A stretch of 64,000 bases of DNA. Origin: Picochlorum sp. SENEW3 (taxonomy: Eukaryota). The stretch is taken from positions 1-64,000 of the forward strand of contig CP120461.1 in NCBI GenBank assembly GCA_034226945.1, in the 5' to 3' direction. The position numbers were made by a program, and so were the translations under genes. Below are positions 12,801 to 24,170 of this stretch, piece by piece (within the stretch, counting starts at the first letter, position 1; each line of letters opens with the position of its first letter). The notes below the pieces were generated by a model that worked only from the letters and a program-made list of their open reading frames with translations, did not search any database and was not told the DNA's origin.

Positions 12801-14196
12801 CAATACTTTGGATGCAACTGGTGGAACACGAATTAAGGCACTCATTGGGTTGGATTCTGCTTTCAAGATACCCCATTTCAGAGCAAAGGGAACTCTGTGC
12901 AAGACGAATCTCCCCTCAAATACTGCCTTCAGGGGATTTGGAACGCCCGAAGCAACGTTCATCATGGAAAACATTCTTGACAAGCTTGCTCAGGAGGCAA
13001 ATATCGATTATAAGACATTTTTGGAGATCAATCTTTATAAAGAAGGCGACGTCACCCCATATGGTCAGACGCTTACAGATATCACTTTGAAGACCTGCTG
13101 GCAGCAGGCACTCGACAATGCACGGTATGATGAGCGCAGAAGGCAAGTTGATGAGTTTAACAAGTCCCACAAATATGTCAAACGAGGTATGGCGGTAATT
13201 CCACTCAAATATGGCATTGGTTACGAGACTTTATGTCTCAATCAAGGCGGTGCTACTGTGCGGATCTATCAGGAAGATGGGACTGTCCTTGTAAGCCATG
13301 GAGGAGTGGAGTTGGGTCAAGGGTTGAACACAAAGATTTCTCAGGTTGTGGCTCATGAGCTAGGTGTTCCCTTTGAAAGTGTCATATGCTCTGATCGTTC
13401 CACGGGCAGAATTCCGAATGCATCCCCAACATCGGGATCTATGACGAGTGACTTGAATGGGGCAGCAGCAGCAAATGCCTGCAAAGAGCTGATGAAACAG
13501 CTAAAACCAATTATGGATGAGATGCCCGACGCATCCTTCAAAGAGATTGCACAGGAGGCATATGGCAGAAGAATTTCTCTCTGTGCTCATGGATTCTATT
13601 CAACTCCTGAAGTTAATGGCATTGGTCAAGACAGGCCATTGAACTACTACACTATGGCGGTTGCTGTTACCGAGGTAGAAGTTGACACTCTCACTGGTGA
13701 CTATATTCCTCTTCGAACTGACATTGTCTTTGACGTGGGACGTTCCATAAATCCAGCCATCGATATTGGGCAAATAGAGGGGGGATTTGTGCAAGGCATG
13801 GGATGGACAACCACGGAAGAGCTAGTCTGGGGTGACAGGGAGCATCCTTGGATCAAAGAGAAGGGCAAGCTGTACTCCACCGCGCTGAGATACAAAATCC
13901 CAAATGTGTTCCAAATTCCCAAAGATTTCAGGGTGACCTTGCTGCGCAATGCCTCATGCTCGAAAACACCTCTAGTTTACAGAAGCAAGGCAATCGGTGA
14001 GCCACCATTCTGTGTGGGGACATCAGTCTTTTGGGCCATCAAAGATGCCATCTATTCTCAACGCGCCGAGGCTGGGAGACTAGGCTGGGTCCAGCTGGAC
14101 TCTCCATGCACCCCTGAGAGGGTTCGAATGACCTGTGACGATGGTGTCCTTCATCTTATCGACAGGTCGCAGAGCAATCCGGAGCATAGTTGTTAG
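9866..14196 (+). CDS. Xanthine dehydrogenase / aldehyde oxidase family molybdo-flavoenzyme (divergent)
   Basis: Introns 9966-10161 and 10517-10586 restore LYVNG..KLGCGxGGCGxC..QCGYC..GNLCRCTGYRPI (2Fe-2S). FAD domain and Moco motifs GGGFGGKETRS, TAFRGFG and SKAIGEPP are present. Confidence 0.95.
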
Positions 14197-14981
14197 GGCG
14201 GATCAACTCGATTGTGGGTTTTCTATTAGTGACTTCAAAAAAATCCTATGGGGGAGCGGGGCGTCTTTTAATAATTGATAATTTGATAAAGGTGCCAAGC
14301 TGGCATCCAATCGCCTCTTAAAACCTCTGAATCAATGCGTATGCATATCCTAGTGCACAAACATAATAAACATGGTCGCTTGGCTGATCCTGTGTGGAGG
14401 AATCTTGCCTGGATCACTGTCCATAGCATGTCCTCTGTACGAGCCTTGTGCCCCACAGCCCTTGGGAATTTTCCGAGGTTCATCATCCCCAAATACTCTC
14501 ATGATACACCAAGATATACAGAATCTGCATTTGGCATTCGATTTCACGCCAGATACGAGAGAGATGTGGACACAGTGCAAAATTCAAACTCCTTTTGACC
14601 ATGCCCCTTCGCATTCAATGTGATTTCAGCTGTTTCCTTCGCCCCAAACCCAATTTGTTAACTCAATATCTCCAAAAAGTGTCAAATATGTTTTATGCTC
14701 GGAATGTCCTTGGAAATCGACCCACTTCAGGTTGTCTCTGTGACAGATCTGAAGCTGAGATGTAGATCCAGGCTCTGCCGTATTTTATCATTATTGAGGC
14801 TTTCCCCGGGTACCTAATGACATTTGTCGGCGTGTAGGATGCTTAAATGCACCGCAAGGGTTGTTCAAAGCCCATTTAGGGTGGATTTGGCTCAAATTAT
14901 CACTTTACAAAATCAGGTCCAATTCTGAGAAAATCCTATGGGCGGGGCTAATAGAAAACCCACAATCGACTTGATCCGCCC
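14196..14981. mobile_element. PIF/Harbinger (Tourist-like) non-autonomous element, 786 bp
   Basis: 34-bp TIR GGGCGGATCAACTCGATTGTGGGTTTTCTATTAG (14196-14229 / 14948-14981, 1 mismatch) with a TTA TSD at 14193-14195 and 14982-14984. Confidence 0.9.
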
Positions 14982-15104
14982 TTAACATCTTTACTAAAAT
15001 AAGTCATATTCTATTAATATAACGTGTCGCAGAAACCACGACGTGACTTCTTGAGCTGAACTAACACAGATAAGGTGCAGTTGACCGGTCGATCAACCAA
15101 TCAA

Positions 15105-15883
15105 TCAATCCTCATCCTCATCATCATCTGTATCATAACCATCCACTGCAGGTTCTGGCAAAGGAGAGCCCATTCCTCCTCCGACAAGATCCCCAATATA
15201 ATATGTTTTCAATGTCAACATCTCGGCATCTTTGTGCGAATTTACCCTGTCGAAAGCTGATGTAGCATCTGTTCCAGCAGCCCTTAAAATTGCCCCTTGG
15301 CCTCCTGGGTGCAGGTTGACAAAATCTGTCAAGTCATAAACCTTTCCATCATACACAACCCAAGCGCTATCTCTAGAATTGTGTGTGGCAACTTCGGCTG
15401 CAGTATATCCTGTTCCAGATGGCTGGGATTGGCTGCGGACAATGAAGCCAGCGATTCTGCCGCTGGAGGGGCAAAACTGAACGGTGCTGGAAGACACCTC
15501 TGCCGCAGAGGTTGATCCCTCCTTCGTGCTCAAGGAGCACGTCCCGTTGGACTCTGAATAGGCAAAGCTCGAGCATCGACTCCTGTCAGCATATTTGGCA
15601 AAGCACGCGTCTACGCTGGAGATTCTAGACACACAGTCTGGTAGTATCCTCCCTTGGTTTTGTAACCATCCCATGCCTTTCCCTTCTCACCATTCGACGG
15701 CAGGATGTAATCGGCACTGGAAGACATATAGTCTTTGCAAGATGCAGCATATGCGGATCGAACAAAGCCTGCACGAGTGAATGCATCGTGTAAGTCGAGG
15801 TTACGGAACTACAAGGAAGCAGCACCCTATAACATACCGAATACCGCCACCGTGGCTAAGAAGAAGGATCCTCTAAATATCAT
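15105..15883 (-). pseudogene. Signal peptide + PAN/apple + cytochrome b5 protein, copy 1 (frameshifted)
   Basis: Paralogue of 17224-18124 with the same intron. Two extra nt in a TG run near 15629-15636 give an early TAG. The b5 motif WVVYDGKVYDLTDFVNLHPGG is intact downstream. Confidence 0.75.
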
Positions 15884-16186
15884 TTTGTAAAGAATTTCTA
15901 CCTTGATGACAAAATGTACAGGAAAGAATGAAAAAAGTGTGAACGCGGTTCGCACGAGCATGCCTCTGCATGCAGACTTGCGCAAGTCAAATTTGACTTG
16001 ATTTCTCTCTGTAAATGGGAACAATAAAAAGAGCGACGGTGGTCCAGGGTTCGAGCCCAATTTTTTGGTTTGGTCACAATTTTTATTGTGTTCAATTACA
16101 GCAGAAAAACACTTGGGTACTTGGGAATGTGTGTCGATCGCTCTACTAGAGTGCCCACTTGCATTGAATATGTATGTATGTATGTA

Positions 16187-16660
16187 CTATTGCTTTCGAT
16201 TTCGACGTCGGTGCACCCAGGTAGTCAGCTCTACTTTTTTATTTTTCAGAAATGCAATCGAGTTGCTTCTGTTGAGAATCTTTTTCGCGTACTCTTCATC
16301 ACATCCACGTTCTTCCATAACACTCTCCAATGCAGCAAAGAAAGGCCTCCTCCTCATTTTAGGTCTATTCTTTGACAAGACCTTTAGAGCTACCTTTGTC
16401 AGTTTCTTTTTCCATTTCTCTTTACTTAGAGGGTGGTCAGATACTGTTTTAGCCTCATTCTTTTTCTTACTGTTATTTTTTTCTTACTACTTTAGCCCCA
16501 TTCTTAATCTTTCCGGAATCCTTCTCTTCTTTACTAACAGTTTGTGTTTCTAGAACATCCGCCCCATTACCGTGTGCTTCCTTTTGATCAGCAGTAGAAT
16601 CCTCCTTATGTGGTCATACCAATACCACTACCAGCAGCAGGAGAGCTCTTCTTCCCTTCT
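16187..16660 (-). pseudogene. Decayed Lys/Glu-rich gene fragment, C-terminus resembling LYAR-type winged helix
   Basis: EKWKKKLTKVALKVLSKNRPKMRRR...FLKNKKVEL. The upstream part is broken by frameshifts and stops. Confidence 0.35.
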
Positions 16661-17223
16661 TGACTATCACAGTAAAGCCACGACTGCATTCAAATTTCAA
16701 ATCAATCATTATCAATATTGCACAGCATCAATCAGATACAGTTTGTCCATTGCAGTCGCATTCGAAGTGACATCAACGAACCATATTGAACGATTTTCTT
16801 CTCCCACCAGTACGTGTCCTATTCACTGCCAATCCGTTCTAAGAAATTAGTATGCGATCAATGATGTTGTATATCCACACCGAATATCGTCGACGAGTCA
16901 GCTGAACGTTTAGCTTGCAGACGAAGAACTTTGACCTCGAAGAACTTCCAACAAACTTCACGAAATTCCCTCAAATGCTGATAATGTATTATCCTTATAA
17001 TCAGGATTCTAAATATATCCTTATTAGGATTTTATTCGATCTACAGTGGGAGTTTGACAACAGGCCGATATCCGGCCGTGTGTTTTACAACATGCATATG
17101 CAACAACAATTTAAAAAACTGTTTTACATATCTGTTCCAAGAGTTGAGGAACGCGATCTCTCCCTCTCACGGGAAAAAAACATTTGAATGCAGTCTTGAA
17201 TGCAGAAGATGTAATCAATTGAA

Positions 17224-18124
17224 TCAATCATCATCGGTGTCATAATCTGTATCAGTATCGTAACGATCATCATCATCATCATCTGTATCAGTGTCGTAAC
17301 GATCATCATCATCATCATCTGTATCAGTGTCGTAACGATCATCATCATCATCATCTGTATCAGTGTCATAACGATCATCATCATCCACTGCAGCTTCTGG
17401 CAGTTGTGAGTCCATTCCTCCTCCAACAAAATCCCCGATGTAGTATGTTTTCAATGTTAAGAGCTCGGCTTCTCTGTGAGAGTTTTCCCTGTCGAAGGCT
17501 GCGGTAGCATCTGTGCCTGCCGCTCTCAAAATATCCCCCCGCCCTCCTGGGTGCAGGTTGACAAAATCTGTCAAGTCATAAACCTTTCCATCGTACACAA
17601 CCCAAGCACTATCTACAGAATTATGCTTGGCCACCTCATCTGCCGTGTATCCTTTTCCAGAGAGTTGGACTTGGCCGCGGACAACGAAACCAGCGATTTT
17701 GCCGCTGGAGCGGCAAAACTCAACGGTGCCTGAGGACACCTCTGCTGAAGAGGTCGCTCCCTCCTGCGTACTCAAGGCGCACGTCCTTCTTGACTTTGAA
17801 TATGTAAAGCTGGAACATCGACTCCTGTCAGCACATTTAGTAAAACACTCGTCAACGTTCGAGATTCGAGACAATGTCTTGTAGTATCCGCCCTTGGTTT
17901 TGTACCCATCCCAGGCCATGCCCTCCTCACCACTGGAAGACAGGGTGTAGTCGGCGCTCGAAGACATGTAATCTTTGCAAGAATCAGCATGAGCATAACG
18001 AGCGAACCCTGCAGAAGTGGACACATCATTTACTCAAAGTTTGGTAGTTGGGGTTGCAACTGGTGCCAGAACAAAGCATACCCAATACGGCCACCATGCC
18101 CAAGAAGGAGCCTTTATGGATCAT
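17224..18124 (-). CDS. Secreted PAN/apple + cytochrome b5 heme-binding protein with acidic repeat tail, copy 2
   Basis: Exon 1 MIHKGSFLGMVAVL and intron 18081-18009 give the signal-like MIHKGSFLGMVAVLGFARYAHA. PAN-like ECFTKC..RCSSFTY..TCAL; b5 HPGG plus second His (SHREA); Asp-rich tail. Confidence 0.85.
17245..17385. repeat. 36-bp coding tandem repeat x4 (DDDDDDRYDTDT)
   Basis: ATCTGTATCAGTGTCGTAACGATCATCATCATCATC at 17245, 17281, 17317 and 17353. Confidence 0.95.
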
Positions 18125-18370
18125 TGTGTAAAAAATACACCTTGCAGACAAAATACACGAATACCAACGGAAATAATAGAGCAAAAATTTTAACGCGTTT
18201 GGACCCTCCCCTTCCATTGACTCTGAGACATCACGGCATCACGGCATCGTTATTTAATGTTCTATTTACAGAGCTCTCGGTTTGGAATTCCATCTGCTCA
18301 AAACTCTGCATCCCCACCAAGTACACTGTGAACATTGTGAATAGTTAGAGCGGATAAGGACAATAGTGAG

Positions 18371-20462
18371 ATGGAATTCATCGGGGCATACGGGGACGAG
18401 TACGTTTCTTGCTCAGCACCGCATTATTATTGGTATTGTGTATGAGCAGGCATTGATTTTGATCGTGAGAGGAACTGACCCTGCACGGAAACGAATTAAT
18501 AATGGACTTTTATCGCATTTCGATCTGCAGTGACGGAGACAAGGAGAGAAACTCTTGCAGCCCAAGAGAAGAGGTAACGGAGGTTATCAAGAGCTGTGCT
18601 CCCGAGGTACGACTATTTTAATCCTTGAATTGAATGAAAAATTAACTTTCGATTTGAACGAGTACGAGCCTGTGTATTGCAGGTGTTTGTCACTGATACT
18701 GACATTGTAGAGCACAACGGAAGACTGGGTTCCTCTGTCCTTCCCGCCGTGACGGCACGGCATGTAGAGTATAATCTTCCAAGACATCTGATGCATGCTC
18801 CTGTAGCTGGCCCTCGGAATCCAGGAGATTCGCTCAATATGCCTGTGGGCACAAGAAATCACTGGTCAGGGCAAGCAGAGGATGCTCACATGAATTCTTT
18901 TGCTTTCGATGACCAGTATAACACATTTTCAAAGTCTGGTGCTGCTGTGGATCCTCATAGCGGAGATATAGTCGGCAAAAGCAGTGTTGCCGCTGTTCAA
19001 AAGGCAGCTTTCCGGGCTGGAAGCACCAGGAGGAAGAAGCAAAAACTGGAGGCGGGCCAGAGCCAGCGTCCAGAAAGTGGAGTAGCATTAGACAGGCCGT
19101 TTGTACTGAAGACGAGGCAGCCATGGGCTGAGGACGTCGTTCCAGTGGAGCAAGAGCTTACAGAGGCACAGCAGGAGTACGTGGCTGCGTTGAATCAGGA
19201 GAAGGAGGAAAAAGCCGCGTTGTCCGGAAAAGAGGATTACAGTATATTCCACGGCTTGAAGGGAGAAGACTATCAGGGTAGGACTTGGGTCGATATTCCC
19301 TCTGGACTCCAGAGAGAGCCTGATGGCAAATGCTTCCTGCCGAAACGGGTTGTTCACGCGTGGACAGGGCACTCAAAGGGAGTCAACTCCATCCAATTTT
19401 TCCCGTCCTCGGGTCATTTATTGCTTTCAGGTGCGTGGTGCTTCTTTTGTTTTCGTCGTGCGCTGTCTCGAATTGTATTTTTGATGAATGTGCAGGCGGT
19501 TTGGATGGCAAGGCCAAGATTTGGAAGACTACTGGAGGCAGGGAATGTATGAGAACGTACATAGGACACTCGAAAGGGATCCGGGAATGCTATTTTGCAG
19601 AGCATGGTAGAAAGTTTGTAACCGCGGCATACGATAAGGGAATCAAGTTATGGGACACAGAGACTGGGTCCATGCTCCAGAGATTTGGAGACAGCAGTGC
19701 CATGGCATACACTGTCAGGACCCATCCAGATCCCTCCCAACCAGATGTTTTGCTGGCAGGGATGCATAACAAGAAAATCTTGCAATTCGATATGCGTTCA
19801 GGCGATGTAGTCCAAGAATACAATTACCATCTCGGCCCAGTGAACACAATCACATTCATAGATGAAAATAGAAAGTTCCTCTCCACGAGTGGTGCGTGCA
19901 TGCATGCAGCCTTCCCGCCTGTTCTCCTTTATGTTCGTTTACGCTAAAAAATATGTATCAATCGTGCAGATGACAAAAGTATTCGAGTGTGGGAGTTTGG
20001 TGTGCCTGTGCAGGCAAAGTGCCTGGCAGATCCATCCATGCATGCCATCTCCTCTGCCGCAATCTCCCCAAGCGGGAAGTGGTGGCTTGGACAAAGTGCA
20101 GACAATCGCATAGTCACCTACTCAGCCAGCGAGTCGGTGAGGCACAATAAGAAGAAGACGTTTGGAGGTCACTCGAGTGCCGGGTATGCATGCCAGATTG
20201 GTGTCTCTCACGATGGCCAGTACGTGTATAGCGGCGATGGAGAGGGAAAAGTCTTCATTTGGAACTGGAAAACAAAAAAGGTTCGTGTCTGTGCGCTTAT
20301 GCGACCTGTGTAAAATGCTCCTGATTAGTGGTTTCTTGTTTGCAGATTTTGCGTTCCCTGAAGGCCCACGAGGGGGTTTGCATAGGCTGTCAATGGCACC
20401 CAACAGAAACAAGCAAAATTGCCACATGTGGGTGGGATAGTACCATCAGGCTTTGGGATTAA
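18371..20462 (+). CDS. CDC40: Pre-mRNA splicing factor Prp17/CDC40 (WD40), multi-exon
   Basis: [48 protein letters not shown]; several short GT-AG introns. Confidence 0.92.
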
Positions 20463-20556
20463 GAATGTTTGCATGGGAGTTCAGCATTACGGTATACATT
20501 TTCAAAAAAAAATTATGTGCAAGTTTGAAATACGAAAGTAGTAGCAAATGTATATA

Positions 20557-21800
20557 TCAATGTTGCTGTTGGAGTCCCTGTGCCAAAAGCGACACTCGGC
20601 CTAGCGTGGGATGTCCTCCTTGCGAAGAACCTGCAGTTCTACTGGGTTCCTTCCTCTGCACTTCCTCTAAACTTACATCGCCACTAGGTGATGGGGACTT
20701 GCCTTGTCTATGTGGTTTATTCGATTTTTCCACCTCAGCAGAGGATGTACTCCTATCGGTCTTTTGTCCTTTGTTGGACACTGAATCCTTGTGCATTTTT
20801 AGTATGGAGAAAAAATTTGAAGACCTCTTGCCTTCTGGCGCCGCCGAGCTGCTGCCTTTGGTCTGATTCACCTGTTGTTGCGATATATCCGTTCTAGCGC
20901 CTTGCATGCCTGGGCTGTTGGCCGAGGTGGTGTCAAACCATTTACCGAGCACTGCATTGGGCTTTCTCCAAGGCGGCAAAGAGATACCCAACTCCTGATA
21001 CACCTTTGTCATCTCCGAGCATATCACAGCTGCAAGTGCTTGAAGTCGAAGAGGACTTCCTACAAATTCTAATGGCACAGATTGTAAGAGTGTCTCGTAC
21101 TGCTGGTTGTGCTTTCCGAGCAAGAATTGGTCTCGGAACTGAGGGTCGATCAAGCACTGATGATCTGTGGTGCCGTCCAGTTTGCCGCTGCACAACAAAA
21201 ATTCATGTCGCAATAACTCCAAGCACTTTGTGTCATCTGTTTCAACGCCATAGTTGGCAGTCTCTGCCATTCCAGGGCTCTCGACGCACTGGATGGAGCA
21301 GTTGTACCCCATGGCTGCCAGGTCCGAGGCAAGCTGGGCAATGGGGACCGAACCAGCGCAAGACTCTCGCAGACTACTCGCCAGTGCCCTGACGTCCTGC
21401 ATGAGCTCTATTTCAAAGGACGCTACTGGTCTCGCCAAATATTTCAGTCGTTGGACTACCGGATTCTCCAGCGAACACTCTGGAAGGCTGTCGGAGCTCG
21501 GCAAGTCTCTTGTCGCCCGTACCCCTTTCTGCGAGAGCTCGAGATCAAACATTATTGACCTAGTCGAAGACTCTTTACCATATGACAAATCATCCTGCAA
21601 ACAAACCACGCACGTGAGGAAAACCCAGCAAGTTGCAGTGGTCGCGATTCACTGGGCCGTACCGCGTCGCTCAGAGTCCTTCCCCTGCGACTGCTACCCT
21701 CGGAAAATTCATTTCTGGAAACTGTGCGTTTGATGCCATTTATAAAACCCCTCAGGCGAGACGCGAATGGAGCAGTCTTCGTCGTCGTGGGCGACGTCAT
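20557..21800 (-). CDS. DUF506 family (plant-specific PDDEXK-like) protein
   Basis: LRHEFL..IDPQFRDQF..FVG...LPPWRK..LGKW motif. Exon 1 and the start are inferred. Confidence 0.8.
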
Positions 21801-22037
21801 CTTGCTCCAAGCGACCTCAGGGCCGTTGTTGTAGGCGGTCGAATGCGTTATTAATGAATTTTCGTTTGCAAATAACAATATCCCAAAAATTGCAAACGCG
21901 GCAGATTCGTGGTGGGACAGCATTACATGGCATGTTGCATGCATTTGTGGCAAGGATTGCTTAGGAATCATTCCTACATTCCCACTGTAGGTGGCAGGAA
22001 CGAAACAGAAATTGGCAGGGTCTTCTCCTGCCCCATG

Positions 22038-24123
22038 CTATAGTCCATGGTGATCAGCAAAGGCCTGGAGTGTATGGGCAAGGATACCACTTTCAGAGTC
22101 TGTGGACTCGGACACGAGATCTGGTCGATCCAATAATAGAGCTTCTAGGAGACTGAAATGCCTCTTGATGTGGGGATTCTCTGCAACACCCGGGTGCTCG
22201 TTTGGATGTGCCTGGTAGGAGCGTATAACCTCTTGTGCTAATTCAATACCGGACAGGGTGATGCTGACGGGCTTCCCAAACACCTCCTCCTTGCCTTCTG
22301 GGTGTCGAATATCATCAGCAAAAGGAACTTCAATGACAGCGAATCCATTGAACTCTTCTCTACAATCAGTTTCATCCATCGGCCTGCTGGCGGGAAAAGG
22401 GAGGACTGCTGCCAACCTCGGTTCAGACTGATCAGACTTTACAAATCCGCACACAGCAACCACGGATCGCTTCACTAAAGCATTGTATATGGCTGTGCAA
22501 TTCTGATAAACTGTGGTGGGAGCATTTTCGTCTGCAGTATGAATGAGCAGGAAATTAAAAATCGCAGATGATTCATGTTTCAACATCAAGAAGACAATGA
22601 CGAAAAAGGCATACCTGGACGCATGAAGTAGGACTCCCTTAGCTGCCAAGACTCTTGGATCCAACTCGAAGGCTTGAATCCAATAAGGAAAATTCCTTTG
22701 GGCAATGGAAATCGCAGGTGAAGTACATCTCCTTTTGGAATGGATATACGGGGAACAGCCATTTGCTTCTTCCCGACAGGTTTGGGATAATATGGGAGTT
22801 CTTCCTCGGGCATGCTCAACATACTAGCGATGTCAACAGGGACGTCCTCGGATATTTTATTTATGAGCAAGCTGCTGTCTCTAGCGTCCAGCCATGTTGT
22901 TGGACCGACACATTTTGGCCATGCTGGTGATGTCACACAAAAACACTTCATGGGCATGGTACCAAAATCTCCCATACACCAATCCAGCGAGATAGAATTG
23001 TGTTTCAACTTGCCTTTCAGAATTTTTAGATGAAACCCATCCTGCGTTCCAAATATCGAGATACATTCACGCCAGTCAATACAGGATATACACACACATG
23101 AAATCATTGGACGTACATCACACGGCACCATGCCGCTCCCAAGGTTACCAAGACCGACGTGCTCTCGTTGTACGTGATTGCACATGTCAGTGTACAACAT
23201 ATCGTACACACCAGCCGCTCTGACCAAATCTGCCCACATGGAACTCCTCAGTGTCCTTGGGGAGACCCTGTTCAGAGTCTGGTCCAATGCGACAATCCGT
23301 AGCATGAATTTACGCTTCTCTATGATTTGTGTTATTTGCCCACTGATTAATGTATTTTCACTTGCACAATATGCGCCATCAGATGCAAGGGTCCAGACTA
23401 CAAGCTTTGTTTGGGCATGATCCCATGTAGTCTTTGCGTCACTGAATTCAAGTACTGCTGCAATCAGAGCGTTCAAGAAGGAGTTGGCGCTCGAGCCGCT
23501 CGAACTTTTCCGAGATATATCGTAGTTGAACGAGCTCAAGCGATCCAGGAGGTCAATCGACGGCGGCGACGCACTGTGCCAAGTCTTAATACCACCCAGT
23601 CTGTTTTGCCCACCATCACTCGGCTGCAATTCAGATTGATGATGATGGGGGGTCGGTCGGCTTGATAGAGCGTATACCAATCATGCAACATACCGTGTTG
23701 AAGAATATGATGGTGATATCATCCTCCACGCTGAAGGCCAATCTAGAAAGGACAATATCATGGACCTGCTTGAGGGCCACTTGGAAGAGGGTCAGGTTCT
23801 TGTACCGCTGCAGGAAAATAGATGGCGTCATCGAACCAGGAGAAAGATGATGTCAAATATACTGTCGTACCCTCTGGTTCCCACTGTACAGTGTTGTCTG
23901 TACGCCTTCCGAGGCGTCAATCAAGAAGGCAACCTGCTCTTTGCCATACACCTGGACAACAAACAAACCACGGTAGTGCATGCTTCTGTGGCTAGTCATA
24001 TGATATACCATAAAATCGTACTGGTGTGTCTGCGGAAGAAGCATCTCCGCGAACGTCCTTCTCTGTGAAAGAGTCGACCTTGGTCTCGTTGTTTCTCCTG
24101 TCGGTCGTGGCCTCTTCCGACAT
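22038..24123 (-). CDS. KU70: Divergent Ku70-like protein, multi-exon
   Basis: vWA start KEQVAFLIDAS, IIFFNT, LIGFKP, PRLAAVLP, GFAVIEVPFADDIR, ENPHIKRHF. Confidence 0.75.
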
Positions 24124-24170
24124 CTTTATGTTACATTATGATGCGAGATCAAATCGACTATGCATATCTT

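Noticed and set aside
14268..14623. Short ORFs inside the Harbinger-type element as a transposase
   Set aside because: No DDE or Myb-like motif is recognisable and the frames are short.
15990..16066. tRNA gene around GGTTCGAGCCC
   Set aside because: Only a T-loop-like motif; no acceptor, D or anticodon stems could be folded.
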